Part shown: positions 37,320 through 50,637 of the stretch, in pieces
Layout of the letters: the number at the start of each line of letters is the position of its first letter
Position numbering within the stretch: position 1 is the first letter of the stretch
Origin: Mobula hypostoma
Taxonomy: Eukaryota
Assembly: GCF_963921235.1 (NCBI RefSeq)
Contig: NC_086097.1
Coordinates: 14,942,001-15,006,000 of the forward strand
Direction of reading: 5' to 3'
DNA: 64,000 nucleotides
Translations under genes and position numbers: made by a program
Notes under the pieces: generated by a model
Told to the model about the DNA's origin: nothing
Seen by the model: the letters and a program-made list of their open reading frames with translations, nothing else
The model's database searches: none

Positions 37320-38190
37320 CACAGTTTGTTGTCCAGTGCTCACGTTTATTGTGCCAACAACAATCTGGCCCTTAACACCCAGAAGACCAAAGAGATCATT
37401 GTGGACTTCAGGCATGCTAGGAGCCACACTCACATCCCCATCTACATCAACGGAGCTGTAGTAGAGCTTGTATCAAGCTTCAAATTCCTTGGTGTCCACA
37501 TTTCCGAGGATCTCACCTGGTCCCTGAGTTCCTCCATCCTGGTGCAGCTGTAACGAAACTCAATTTCCTTCGGGATCAATAAAGTATGTCTATGTCTATG
37601 TCTATGTCTGATTAAAAAGGCACAACAGCGCCTTTATTTCCTGCGGAGCATGAAGAAAGCTCACCTCTGTCCCAGGATACTGACGGACTTTTACCACTAT
37701 ACCATTGAGAGTATACTCACCAACTGGTATGGCAATTGTCCCGTATCAGACCACAAAGCACTCCAGCATGTGGTGAAAACTGCCCAGCGGATTATCGGCA
37801 CCCAATTGCCCACCATTGAGAACATCTACCATAAACGCTGCCTGGGCAGGGCAAAAATCATTATCAAGGATGCATCTCACCCTAACCATGGACTTTTTAC
37901 TGTCCTCCCATCCAGTAGGCACTACAGGAGTCTCTGCACACGCACCAGCAGGCACAGGAAGAGCTTCTTCCCTGAAGCTGTGACACTGCTGAACCTCTCA
38001 TCACAGCGCTAAGCAGTATTGCATCGTACTGTACTGTCTCAGTACTTCTATATTTGTGTGCTGTAGTGCTTTTTTATTCGCAGTTATTTTGTAAATAACA
38101 CTATTCTTCGCATTTCTGGTCAGATGCTAAATGCATTTCATTGGCTTTGTATCTGTACTTGACACAATGACAATAAAGTTGAATCTAATC
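37320..38190 (+). mobile_element. Rex1/Babar-type LINE, 5'-truncated, with a ~65-bp nested LINE tail at ~37542-37607
   Basis: ORFs 37317..37553 (KTKEIIVDFRH, FKFLGVHISEDLTWS) and 37650..38012. The insert aatttccttcgggatcaataaagtat(gtctat)n separates them. Confidence 0.88.
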
Positions 38191-40637
38191 TATAAACGCG
38201 AGCACTCGGCAGAAACAACACTCAATTGCGCACAGATGATGTCACCCTGACTGGTGACAAAACATTTGCCGCCTTATCTCCAGGTTCAGCAAACAACCCT
38301 ACAAACAAGCAGTCAACCAAAATCTTCTTTCATTTCAACTGTTTTATCATGTATACTGATACAACTTTTAAAAGGTCTTTCTTACAAACTAGCATTTGAT
38401 TACATTTCCTAAAGGCTCAGCAAAAACAGCAAATCCTTTGAGGAAAAACATTCTAGGTTGCCTTGCCTGACAGCAGCCGCTTATGCCTTGTAATCGGCAA
38501 ATAAATTTTTACTGTCTACATCAGTAATTTACTATAAAGACATAATCCTTAATGAGCACATTTATGCACAAGTTTTATTACAGCAATTTGTTGAACAAAG
38601 TGATTTAGTATCAACTCTAATACTACCTAGCAGGAAAGATATGTAATCGTTTCTCAAATACTGTTCTATTTTATTTATCTATACATTTACATATTATTTG
38701 TGCAGAAAAACCTTGATTATTTTCATTAGTTTGATCATCATTATTCAGAAGACCAACTCCAACAAAGCCAATGTTGTCATTACTGCAAAGAACAGACCCA
38801 CAAGGTTTCTCTCATTTCAGGCCCTCCCCAGGTGACAGCAGAGTTCCATTCCAGTTCACAGCTTGTAACCCAGATAGTGTGGAAGTTCAAAATGGCTCAA
38901 GGCAGAAGATGTCTGCAAACAGTCTCCCAAACACCTGTTCATATGTACAGTAAGTACACATGTCAGACATTCAACCTTTAATACCTGTATTTCTCTGGAA
39001 ATCCAGAGTAACACACCAAAAAAATGCATAGCAGTCAGCGTGATGCTACTTCAGCTCGGGGCGTTGAGTTTGGAGTTTAATTCCAACACAATCTGTAAGT
39101 TTATAAGTCCTTCCTGTGAGTGCATTTCCTCCCACTGTCAAAAGACATACCAGTTAATAGCCCATTGCAAGTTAACCTATGATTAGGAAAGGGTTAAATA
39201 GGTGAGCTTCTGGGCAGTGCAGCTCATTGGACTGGAAGAGCCTGTTCTGCACTGTATAAATAAATAAATGAATAAATAAAATACTCCAAACGAACATACT
39301 CAGTTTATGGTTTGTTTTTTTTAGATTATGAGGACACGTAGTCCTCTTTTATTGTCATTTAGTAATGCATGCATTAAGAAATGACACAATATACCATAAA
39401 TGATAGGATTTTATTCAAAGTTATACAACCCAGGTGTGTCAAGAGGTGATGTGATAGAGGAGTACAAGATGATAAGAGGCATAGATACAGTAGAGTGCCA
39501 GTATGTTTTTCCCAGGGTGGAAATGGCTCGTATGAGACAGCATAATTTTAAGGTAACTGGAAGAAAATATAGTGGGGGGGGGGGAACATCAGAGGTAGTG
39601 TTTTTTTTTAAACACACACACACACACACACAGTGGTGGGTAGTAGTAGAGATAGATACAGTTAAGGACATAAAAGATATCCTTAGATAGGCATATTGAT
39701 GGAAGTAAAATGGAGGGCTCTGTGGCAGGGAAGGAAAAGATTGATCCTGGAGTTGGTTAAACGTTCAGTACAAAATCGTGGGGTAAATGGTCTGTACGGT
39801 TCTATTTTAAGTGCAACAATCTGCAACTCAGTCCATCAGTACATTTCTGCAGAGAATTATTTTTCTACAACTATTTTCTGTCTGCATCAGCTTGTTTGCC
39901 TCCTGTGATGCATTTATGTTTCTTCACGTTTGTCCCTATTTCGCGTAATTTGTTGTACCACACTGCTTGACACTTTGAATTCTTTTCATGTTACATGAGT
40001 GGACTTCACCACTGCACTCACCTCACATATGAATGTGAATATGGCACTTTCTTGCAGCTGCTTTTAGTAGGATTCCCAAATAACATTTTTATTTATCTAA
40101 TGCATACCTTGCAAGCCTTACAACCAAAAGAGTCATTTTAAACTGCATCACTGTTACAGGCTATTTGACAGTCAACTTGCAAGTCCCACAGACATCAAAA
40201 TGAGATGAGGGGCCATTTCAGCAGGTGGATGCAGTGACTGATTTGGAAGGAGTTGTGGCTAAAACGCAAAGTAATTTTGAGTATTCACGTTCTGCCTTTC
40301 ACAGTTCCAGTATAAAAACAACTTTGCAGGTTAGTCAACATAGGTGGAAAGTGAAACAAAAAATGTCATAGACCCGTCACATTCACAGCTTCTCTTTCTA
40401 CAGATGTTACCCAACCTGTTGAGCTTTTCTAGCATTGTCTGTTTACTTCAGATTTTCAGCATCTGCAGTTTTAGCTTTACCAATTTTCACAGTTCTAACA
40501 TGTTCATCTGCATTTCATTCTCCAACTGTCACCTGGAGAACCTTGGGGACCATTCTGTCACGAACACTCCACTTATTCTTTCCAATAATCCCTTCATCTT
40601 AAAAACACACTTCTTTTTTCATTTCTCCTGCTCTAAT

Positions 40638-41112
40638 GAAGTGTCTGGGTGGTGATACATCTCTAACAAAGAAGGTGTAAGGTGCTCCTTCCCTCTGCTA
40701 GCCTGCAGGTCACCCTTGGTAACAAGATGCAGTGCCTGGTTAGTCACCCTCCCCCCAAAACCAGAGTTGCGTGAAGCCACAGGAACAGGTTGATGGATAG
40801 TTGTATGAGCAGCTGGTGCACACCACAAGTCCATAGGTGGAATCAAAGGTTGAGCATCCAAAGCAGAATCGCCGCTATTGGCTTTTATCTTGTTCTTCTC
40901 AATTCTATTGTCAGGGTCAACAGGAAAGAAATAGATTGGTATGCAACCACTGATGCCAGGCAGACAATCTCTGAAGATTATTGGTAATGGCTGGCGTCTC
41001 CCATCTTGTAAAGACACTGCCCAGGAGGCAAAGGCAAACCACTTCTGTAGAAAAATGTGCCAAGACCAATCATGGTCAAATGACACGGCACATAATAATG
41101 ATGAATGAATGA
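40638..41112 (+). mobile_element. RTE-related retroelement 3' part or RTE-tailed SINE
   Basis: Ends ggcaaaccacttctgtagaaaaat.tgccaaga..aatcatgg...(aatg)n, typical of RTE tails. No ORF recognised. Confidence 0.5.
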
Positions 41113-44100
41113 AGTGTCACTGACTTGAAACATCAATTTCATTTCCCTCTCCGCAGATGCTGCCTGACCTGCTAAATATTTACAGCACCTGCTGCCTTCA
41201 TTTCACAACATCTACTCCTAACTCTTCTCCAGGTAGGGACTTCCCACCTGAACATGGAGGTAGTCTTTCCAAACAGTATGACAATCCATCAGGCACTCTT
41301 AGCCCTCACCTTAATTGTCAATCATGAAATCAAAATAAGTTTACTGCATTGAAAGGAGGTCTCAAAAATCCTGTACATATTCATCAGAAGGAAAATGAGC
41401 CTTCCAGTACTGGAAACTAACCTGGACAAGTTGACATTTTACACCACTTCAAAATCAAAAGTAAATTTATTATGAAAGAACATATGTCACCATACAGTAT
41501 ACTACCCTGAGGGGGTGTGTGGGGTGTCCATAGAGGGTTGACTTCTCTGGTGAAGGGACTTGTCATGTCGATTCTGGGCAACTCACTCCCCTTTGGTCCC
41601 TGCTGGACACTCAGCTCTCACCTGTGGCTCCAAGTAGCTGTTTGCAAGCAACAGCGGCCACACCCTGAAACACTGCTTCCATCGGCAAGCTAAACCAGGT
41701 GAGGGAAGCAGGTGGCCTCGTATCCTGGTGAGACATGCCTGTCCTAACATGTGAAGTCAGCTTCAGCAGACTGAGCACATGAGATCTACAGTGAGATCCA
41801 ACTGCCAAGATGGCAGTACTGCAAGGCTTTGTGGAGAGCAAAGGGCATGACAAGGCACAGAAGACATTATGCTCATCCACTGCAACCAAGGAAGACTCCA
41901 GTTTGACTCACTTGTTTGTACCACTGGGCCTGGTGCAGTGACTTTTTAAACTTTGAAACTCTCCTGCACAGGTTTCCTGTCATCACTGGACTCTATGGAC
42001 AACCACCACTAACCCAAGATTCACTTTTTTGTCGGAATTCACAGTGACTACAAAGAAACACAATAGTCAATGAAAAACACACACAAAGACAAACAAATAT
42101 CTAATTGCAAAAGACAACACACTGCGCAAATGCAAAGAGAAAAGAAAAACAAAATAGTAATAAATAAGCAATTGAGTACATGAACAACAGGAATTCTGCA
42201 GATGCTGGAAATTCAAGCAACATATATCAAAGTTGCTGGTGCATACAAAGTAGAATCATCGTTATTGACTTTTATCTTGTTCTCCTCAATTCTATTGTAA
42301 GGGTCAACAGGAAAGAAGAGTTCTTTGTGGACTGATTTCTCAAGATCTGTGAGACACTGAGTGCCACGTATCACTGAAATGTAGAATTTACCTCCTTTAT
42401 ACTAACAAATTGTCAATGGTTGCATGAGAGCTACATTTGGATATGAACAGCACTTTATCAATGGAAAAACACGTTGAGGCTTCTTGCAGTTTTAAGAGGA
42501 TTCCCTGTATGCCAGCCTTCAGCATTATTATGCAGAGCACCTATAGCACTTGACTTCATTATTGCTTCATTAATTGGTCTTGCAAAGTCCATAATAGTGC
42601 ACAAACTAGTTAATTGAATTAGATAATACGGAATTCAGGTGATTTCACTGTTGGCTTACCAGAAATTACAACTCTAATTGTGTTATATACTGAAATACTT
42701 GCAAGCACTGAAGGCAGAAATGGAAACAGGCCAATGAATCCCTTGAGCCTTGAAACACAAAATGTAAAAATATAGATGTGTGTCAGTTGACCTCAACTGC
42801 TTTATGTGCTTATGATTTCCCCATGCAATCCCGTCTAAAAATGGCCAAAGTGGAACAAAATCTAGTATTGCAAAATACTGACTAAGCAATCAAATTCTAG
42901 GTATTATGGGGAGAAACCAACTAGTTTCTGCAGTAATTACCTACATCAGAAAACTAAACCAAACATATTGTATCAATTATACACAAATGCTTTCTAATTT
43001 TTCCACTGTCATAGTGTTAATTATACAATCTTTCTCAATTTAGTTCTGTTGTAGATGCCTTTCGATTTTTTAATGGTTTCAGTGGCTCCAAGAGCAGAGT
43101 GTGAGTGTGAGTGTTTTTAATTGTAAGACAAAAGTATCCCTTTGTGACCTGAACCAGATATTGATGTCTTTCGTGTGCTCACTTCAATTTCTCAGAATAG
43201 GGAATAAGCAATCATTAGTGAGAAAGGGTTGCGACAAATGAGTGAATTGTTATACTTCACCACAAAATGATCTCAGGAACAGCAGTTGTGATCAAATTCC
43301 CTTAATCCAATCAATCAGCAGAACTTAACCTTGCAAAATAACGAATATGTCACTCTCACTGCAGCAATGGATCATTTTAATTGACCTAGGCATCGTGACT
43401 TTCAACTGTCCTCCAGTTGCGCTGCTCCTTTGTCTTTTCAGGCATAGCGATTCCTCATTTACAAACCTGCCTGCATCCTTCTGTGTCTCTAAACAGCAGC
43501 AGACAGACACCAGTGCAGAACAGCACAACATAATAGGCAGAAACTATTTACCAGTCACTGAAGGCAGGAGATCATGTACTCAGAGGTCACAATCAATCTC
43601 AAAAATTTACCTGCCTAATCCCTCAAAATTCTTATCCATTGATTAACTAATGGGGAAAAAAACTGTCACACAAAAAAAACAACAGAAAATCTGCAGATCC
43701 TGGAAATCCAAGCAACATACACAAAATGCTGGAGGAACTCAGCAGGCCAGGCAGCACGTATGGAAAAAAGTATAGTCGACTTTTCAGGCAGAGATCCTTA
43801 CACAGAATTTTTTTTAATTGTGGGAGGAATGTAGGGTTGTTGAGGGAAGGGGCTAGTCATAGTGAATGAGAGAGAAAAATTCCAAAAGCTTCTGCATGCG
43901 ATAAAAGTTATAATTTTACTTTAAGTACTATTATTTTATTTATATGATTTTATTACAATTACTTTCTAGTTCTGATGAAGAGTCACTGACCTGAAACGTT
44001 GTTTCTTTCCACAGATGCTGTCTGACTTGCCGAGATTTGGGGTGGTACGATAATTGGTTAGCACAACACTTTACAGTACCACTGACATGGGTTCAATTCC

Positions 44101-44979
44101 CGCCACCGAGTTTGTACATTCTTCCCATGACTGCATGGGTTTCCTCCAGGTGCTCTGGTTTCCTCCCACGGTCTAAAGATGTCCCAGTTGGTAGGTTAAC
44201 TGGTTATCATAAATTGTGGCATGATTAGGCTAGGGTTAAATCTGGGGTTGCTGGGTGATACAGCATAAAGGGGTGGAAGGGCCTATTACACGCTCTATCT
44301 CAATAAATAAATATATAAATGAAATTTACACAGCATTTTCTGTTATTTCAGATTCCCAGCATGTATAGGTTTTGTTTGTCTGTATCTTATTAATCCTTTT
44401 GTTAGGATTAACCCACTGAGCAAAATAGCTTCTCTATATTAATTAATCTTTTAATGTACCGTTTAAATCACCCACAGCTCACCCTGAACTCAAAAGTATA
44501 TTACACAGTTTTCACAATTTGACATCTGTGAACGTAACAAAATAGAACAGTAGGAGACTTCTATTTAATGAAATAATACCTGATTGTTCTGGATTCCCCC
44601 AAGAGCTAAAATAGCATCTTAGTATTTATCCTTTCAAGTCCAATCAGGGTTGAATATATCTTGAGAACACCATCTCTAATTTTCCATACTTCAATGAGTA
44701 TGGGTCAACCCTACTGAAATGTACAGTATCAATCTGAAATTAATCTGCATTTGTGCTTCTTTTAAGCCTATTCCCAAAACTAGATGCAATGAGGTCAGCA
44801 AAGATTCTGTTTAAATGAAGTATTAGTTTTACACTCAAACCCTTGGGATACAATAATTAGCGTTTCAGTAGTCTTTCCAATTACTTCTTACATTTACTGC
44901 TACTCAATTTTCACTAATCTCTTATACTACATGAACGTTGTCAAAAGACCAGCATTTTCTGCAGATCTCTGAATGCCTT

Positions 44980-45985
44980 AGTAAGGACAGGCAGCAACAC
45001 TTTGCCACAATTATTCTCAACACTGGTGCTTCACAGGGTTGCGTCCTCAAACCCCATCTTACAACCTATACACTCATGACTAAGTGATTAAATTCTGCTC
45101 TAACTCCATCTAAAAGTTTGAAGGTGATACTACCATAGTGGCTCATAACTCAAATAAAAATGAGTTGGATTATGTGAAGAAAAGAGCCTAGTCATGTGTT
45201 GTCATGACAAAAATTCTTCCCTTAATGTCAGCAAAACAGAAGAGTTGCTTTTTGAATTCCAGAAAGGGGGCAGTGCACATGTTCCTATCTACATCAACTA
45301 TACTGAGCTTGAGAGGTTTGAGAACTTCAAGGTTCCATGAGTGAACGTTGTTTGTTCTGGCCCCATAATATTAAATATCATAACCAAAAAAGCTCACCAA
45401 TGTTTCCATTTCCTCAGGATGCTAAAATCCATTGGCATGTCCCCCAACCAATTTTAAAAATCGGTGCACCATAGAAAGCATCTTAAATGGATGATATGGA
45501 TGCAACCGTTCTGCCCATAACTACAAGAAACTGCACAGAGTTGTGGACTTAGCTCAGCACATCATGGAAACCTGCCTCCTGTCCATGGACTTCGCTGCTT
45601 CAGCGAAGCAGTTAGCATAATCAAAGACACCACCCACTCAGAAATTCCCTCTTCTCTCCTCTCCCATTGGCCAGAGGACAGAAAAACCTGAAAGCACATA
45701 CCACCAGGCACCAAGACTGCTTCTAACCCGCTGTTATAAGACCACTGAAAGTATCCCTGGTACGATAAGATGGACTGTTGATCTTAAAAATCTACCTCAT
45801 TATGATCTTACACTTTATTGTTGACCTGCACTGTACTTTCTCTGTAGCTGTTGCACTTTATTCTTATTGTTCTTCTTGTTATTGTTTTTCCCTTGGACTG
45901 TGTAATGAATTGATTTGTCTGTACAGTAAACAAGAGAAGTCTTCACTGTACCTTGGTACAGGTTAAAGTAATAAACCAATTCCAA
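44980..45985 (+). mobile_element. Decayed Rex1/Babar-type LINE (related to 32440-34530)
   Basis: Remnants of LNTGA.QGCVL.P, KF..DTT.V and NVSKT.EL. The 3' UTR is shared with 34300-34530 and 51750-52045. Confidence 0.75.
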
Positions 45986-46103
45986 GCCACTGCACAGGTC
46001 AGTTAAAATTCAGCCACATTGCTGTAGCTCTGAAGTCACTTGTTACATTAATAGCCAGGAGGGCCATTTTGTTGAAGTGGAAGGACACATCAGCTCCCAC
46101 TTT

Positions 46104-46526
46104 GTCACAATGGTTCTCTCAAGAGATGCTATGTCTTAGTTTGGAGAAAATTAGAAGTCGAACCTTTGAACCTTTATTTGATTTTGAGAAAAGATGGGGT
46201 TCATTTGCTCGTTATTATCATTTGAGTTAATCGATAAGATTTTCTCCACGATCTATTTGTAAATTTCTGGTATTTTTTTTTATCTTGCTGGCGGTTTGAT
46301 GTTTATCTTTAGAAGCTTTTTGTATGACGCATGATTCCGGGGTTGTACACCCAATGGGGTTTTTTTCCTCCCCACTTTTCTGCTTAGTAGATTTTTTTAT
46401 TATCACAAAAATTTTTCAATCTTTACAATAATGTTTTTTTTTCCTTGAGACATTGTAAGTGTTGCTTACTTCAATGTACTCGTGTTATTTTTTGAATAAT
46501 AATAATAAAAAGATTTGAAAAGAAAG
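46104..46526 (+). mobile_element. L1-clade LINE 3' end
   Basis: QWFSQEMLCLSLEKIRSRTFEPLFDFEKRWGSFARYYHLS* resembles fish L1 ORF2 C-termini (LEKIR...F...W..F). T-rich UTR, aataaaa, then an A-rich end. Confidence 0.65.
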
Positions 46527-48130
46527 TAAAATGCGTAGCATAGGTAAACAGTAAACAGCTTGGTGTCCTAGTCATGAGATCTCAGTGGAGGTAGGACCCA
46601 GTTTGGCAGTCCTAGTCCTGATGCTCCTGTATCTTCTTCCTGATGGCAGTATGTCAAGAATATTCTGGGATAGACGGTAGGGATCCTCGACAATGTTTCA
46701 ATAAGTGTCACAAATAGGGAGGAGGGAGACCCCAGTGATCCTCAGCAGTTTTTACTATCCTCTGCAGGGTCTCGTGGTCTGATGCCTTGCAGCTTCCGTA
46801 GCACGCAATGATGTAGCCAGACAGGACCCTCTCAATCGTGTTCTGGAATGGGGGTGTGGAGCCTTGTACACCTCAATCTCCTCAAAGTGTGGACACTGCT
46901 GTGCCTCTTAGATTTTTGTTATAATTTTGAGTTTCCATCTACTGGGCTTATATTACCAATACACCGTCATTTAGCAAACTTGAATACCAGGCCCCTACTC
47001 AAGCCACTAATATCGTGAATGGTGGAAGTCTCAGCACAGACCTACTCTAAATCTGCTCATCGATACTCTCTGCTTCCCATTAAGCAGGAATAGTTCACCA
47101 GGCAAAGTGATACAATTGGAATTCTGTAAAGGCAAAATCATGAAACATGGCTAAAATAAAAAAAATTATACAGGTTAGATGGCAGTTATCGTCTCTGAAC
47201 CACAGTCAAATTTTACCAGAGTTCCTCAATAATCATTGTCCTTGCAACGGACAGAAATGCAATTACAAAGGACACAGGAACGTACTAGGACAGTGGTACC
47301 CAGCATGGGGCAAGGGGTCTAAGAGACTTTACAAAAGGAAAGAGAGTTGGTTCACAAAAATTAAAATGAAAGAGTAAAAATGGAGTCAACAATCTGGCTA
47401 CTTCACTTGGACATTTACAGGGTTCACAAACTTACTAGCATCACCGTAAATACAGACTACATGTGAAAAATAGCTTTTGAAATGGCCGCCAGCTGACTGT
47501 TGAAAGAGGGATCTTCTTCGGATAAATTCAGATTATCTTCACATTAGCCATTACTGTTTGGTATCATGCAGCATCCTTCAACAATTTGCAAAAGCTACTG
47601 CAAACTGTCAGGTGAGCAGAAAGGACCATTGGCTGCAGGCAACCATCGCTGCAGGCCTTACCTGTGTCCAGGACAAAGAAACAGGCAGAGAAAAATCACT
47701 GGGAACACTACCCACCTGCAAACTGCCTTTTCCAAAAGTTCCCTTCTGGAAAGTGCTACAGGGCTATTAAAACAAAAACTTCACACCATCTTAAAAGTTT
47801 CTTCCCTCAGGCAGTTAATCTGATCGACCATTCTAGTTAGCCACACAACTTCCTCTTTCTATTCCCTTAGTTACTACACTGTAAACACTTTAAACCACTT
47901 CTTATAAATACTGTTTACATTATAAATGCATGCTGGTATTTATATATTTATGCATATTTTATTCTATATCTATACTTTAACTTCTGACTTTTTTAAATAT
48001 ATAATTCTTTATCATTGTTGAATGTTGCTTTTGGTTACATGCTGCACCCTGATCAACACACCTAATGCATATGGCAAATAAGGTTGTTCCTTGATGAACA
48101 TTTAAATATTGCTATACAAGGTCAACTTAC

Positions 48131-48387
48131 CTGGATGAGTTTATAAAAGTATGCATATTGGCGAGCTGTGTTTTTATACTGACTAAAGACGTCATGGATG
48201 GCTTGTGTTGACTGGAGGTAACGTACTTCTTCCTCTTCAAAGTATAAAGGGGTATGGTACTCCATAGGTAAAGTCTTAATGTAGGGCAACCAGAAGGAAT
48301 CAGGGTTCAATCGTTCACAAAGCAGGTGAAATGCTAGGGTGATATTTCCCATGGCTTGCAGAATCCGGTCCTGGGAATACACTGGTC
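48131..48387 (-). CDS. SETD3: SETD3 internal coding exon, 257 bp, phase 1 to 0
   Basis: Minus strand tctag|GACCAGTGTAT...CTCATCCAG|gtaagt encodes (G)PVYSQDRILQAMGNITLAFHLLCERLNPDSFWLPYIKTLPMEYHTPLYFEEEEVRYLQSTQAIHDVFSQYKNTARQYAYFYKLIQ, near-identical to vertebrate SETD3. Overlaps ORF 48122..48382. Confidence 0.98.
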
Positions 48388-48721
48388 CTAGACATCAAGT
48401 AAAGTAAAAAGTTCAGGCTGGTTTCAATTCTCTAATAAGAAAGCCATTACTTAACCTCCAAAATTTCCCCATAAGTCATAAGAGCAAAATTAGGTCATTC
48501 AGTCCATTAAATTTGCTCCACCATTCCATCATGGCTGATTCATTAACTACTTCAACCCCATTTAGCTACCTTCTCCCAGGAACCTTTGACGCCCTGACTA
48601 ATCAAGAACCTATCAGCCTCCACTTTAAATACACCCAATGACTTGGCCTCTACAGCCATCTGTGGTAATGAATTTCACAGATTAACCACCCTCTGACAAA
48701 AGCAGGGGGTTCCAAGCGCAG

Positions 48722-48852
48722 AACAAACAGGAGAAAAATCTGCAAATGCTGGAAATCCGAGCAACACACACAAAATGCTGGAGGAACATCAACCATTCTA
48801 TTATCCTAGATGCTGCCTGGCCTGCTGAGTTCCTCCAGCATTTTGTGTGTGT
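48722..48852. mobile_element. Short Penelope-derived inverted insertion inside a hAT-like MITE
   Basis: acacacacaaaatgctggaggaac ... gttcctccagcattttgtgtgtgt inverted arms, with ttccaag on both sides. Confidence 0.65.
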
Positions 48853-50397
48853 TTCCAAGTGGGGGTCCACGGAACCCTTGCTTAACAGTATTCATCCACG
48901 GTATGAAACAGGTTGGAAACTCCTGGACTAAAGAAATTACCACTGAAAAAAAATGTAGAAAGCTAGTTTTTTTTAAATTTAGCTGCTGCAGTCTGAGCAT
49001 CACATGTTAGAAACCATTACGAGTATGAAAGTTTAGAGGGATGTTTCATTTCCACATTACCCATAAATAAGATGTACTCAAGTCTCACTTTAAGAAATAA
49101 TTTCTTAGAAGGAAAACAAAATTGGTTTCAGAATCCTAAAGAGCTTTATTTACAGTATTTCCAACTGCATCATTGTCTGGTACACAGGAACTGCAAGGCA
49201 TCTGACCACCAGTCTCTAGAAAGGATTGCTGAGAGGATCACAGTGTCTGCCTTTCACCCATCCAAGATATTTATTCGGAAAACTGCGTATGCAGGGTCCT
49301 TATCATTGTCAATGATCCCTCCCAATATACCACAATTTCTTACCTCTAACATCAGGTAGGAGAAATCGTAGGATTAGGACAAGGACTGTTTGGACTGGAA
49401 ACAGCTTCTTCCCCCAGCCTATAAGACTACTCATCTCCCTGCTACTACCCATGTCTCATCATGTATGAAGTATCAGTAGTGTTACACTGTTTAATTCTTA
49501 AATTGTGTTGTAAATGCAACTTAAAGGCGGTGTCATTCTTTGGGACGGCATGGTAGTATAATGGTTAGCACAACGCTTTATGGTACCAGCCACCAGTGTT
49601 CAATTCCCACTGCAACCTGTAAGGAGTTTGTATCTTCTCCCCCGTGACTGTGTGGGTTTCCTCCTACAGTCCTGAGAAATACCAGTTTGTAGATTAACTG
49701 GTCACTGTAAATTGTCCTGTGATTAGGTTAGGATTATATTGGGGGATTGCTGGGCAACATGACTCGAAGGGTCGGAGGGGCCTGTTCCGAGGTGCATCTC
49801 AATAAGTAAATAAATTATCTGGAATGGTTTCAGTTTTTGACTTGTTATTAGATGACAGCTTTCAGGGAGTGTGGGTGGGGATGTTATACAAGAGGAATTC
49901 AGGGATACTGGTGAATGAAATGATGATCTACCCATTTAAATTTCTAATATTATAAATCAGAAAGGCCCACTTCACATTTCAACAAATGGGGTAGCACATA
50001 CAGTTCTTTAATAATAATTAAATGACTTAGCTATTTGAGTTCCACTCTCATTTTTATTTCTGCAATGTTGTCAATACTGTGGTGTTTCAACAGGAGTTAC
50101 AATTCTGAATGAAAGGGTCAGTCTTCTCAGTGTTTATTCCCAGAGGGGATCTACTGTACTGACAACTGAAAAAAAACTTTATCCATGGAGGACACTTGCG
50201 TAATGAGTGAGCCCTCACCCAACTAACTCAGTAAAACCAAGAAGATTTACCATTTTAAATCTCTAGTGAAAAGGGAAAAAAAAATCAATTATTCAGTCAA
50301 TAAATATTCATTTATGGCATCTAAAAGTGAACTGAATAGGCACTAGAGGGAAAATCATTTATAGGGCTATGGAGTAAGAAGTGGAATTCCTCTGCTG

Positions 50398-50637
50398 CAC
50401 ACATCAAAGTTGCTGGTGAACGCAGCAGGCCAGGCAGCATCTCTAGGAAGAGGTACAGTCGACGTTTCGGGCCGAGACCCTTCACCAAGACTAACTGAAG
50501 GAAGAGCTAGTAAGAGATTTGAAAGTGGGAGGGGGAGGGGAGATCCGAAATGATAGGAGAAGACAGGAGGGGGAGGGATGGAGCCAAGAGCTGGACAGGT
50601 GATTGGCAAAAGGGATATGAGAGGATCGTGGGACAGG
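50398..50637 (-). mobile_element. Young Penelope-like fragment with hammerhead motif (50456-50493)
   Basis: Minus strand TAGTC TTGGTGA AGGGTCTCGGCCC GAAAC GTC GACTG. Near-identical to 63768-64000. Confidence 0.8.

Larger units (their letters stand above)
1..48130 (-). other. SETD3: Large SETD3 intron (continues beyond the left edge)
   Basis: GT donor at 48130. The expected next exon (THPHANKLPLKDSFTYEDYR-like) was not found by eye on the minus strand of 1-48130. A large intron at this position is also what I recall for human SETD3. Confidence 0.65.
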
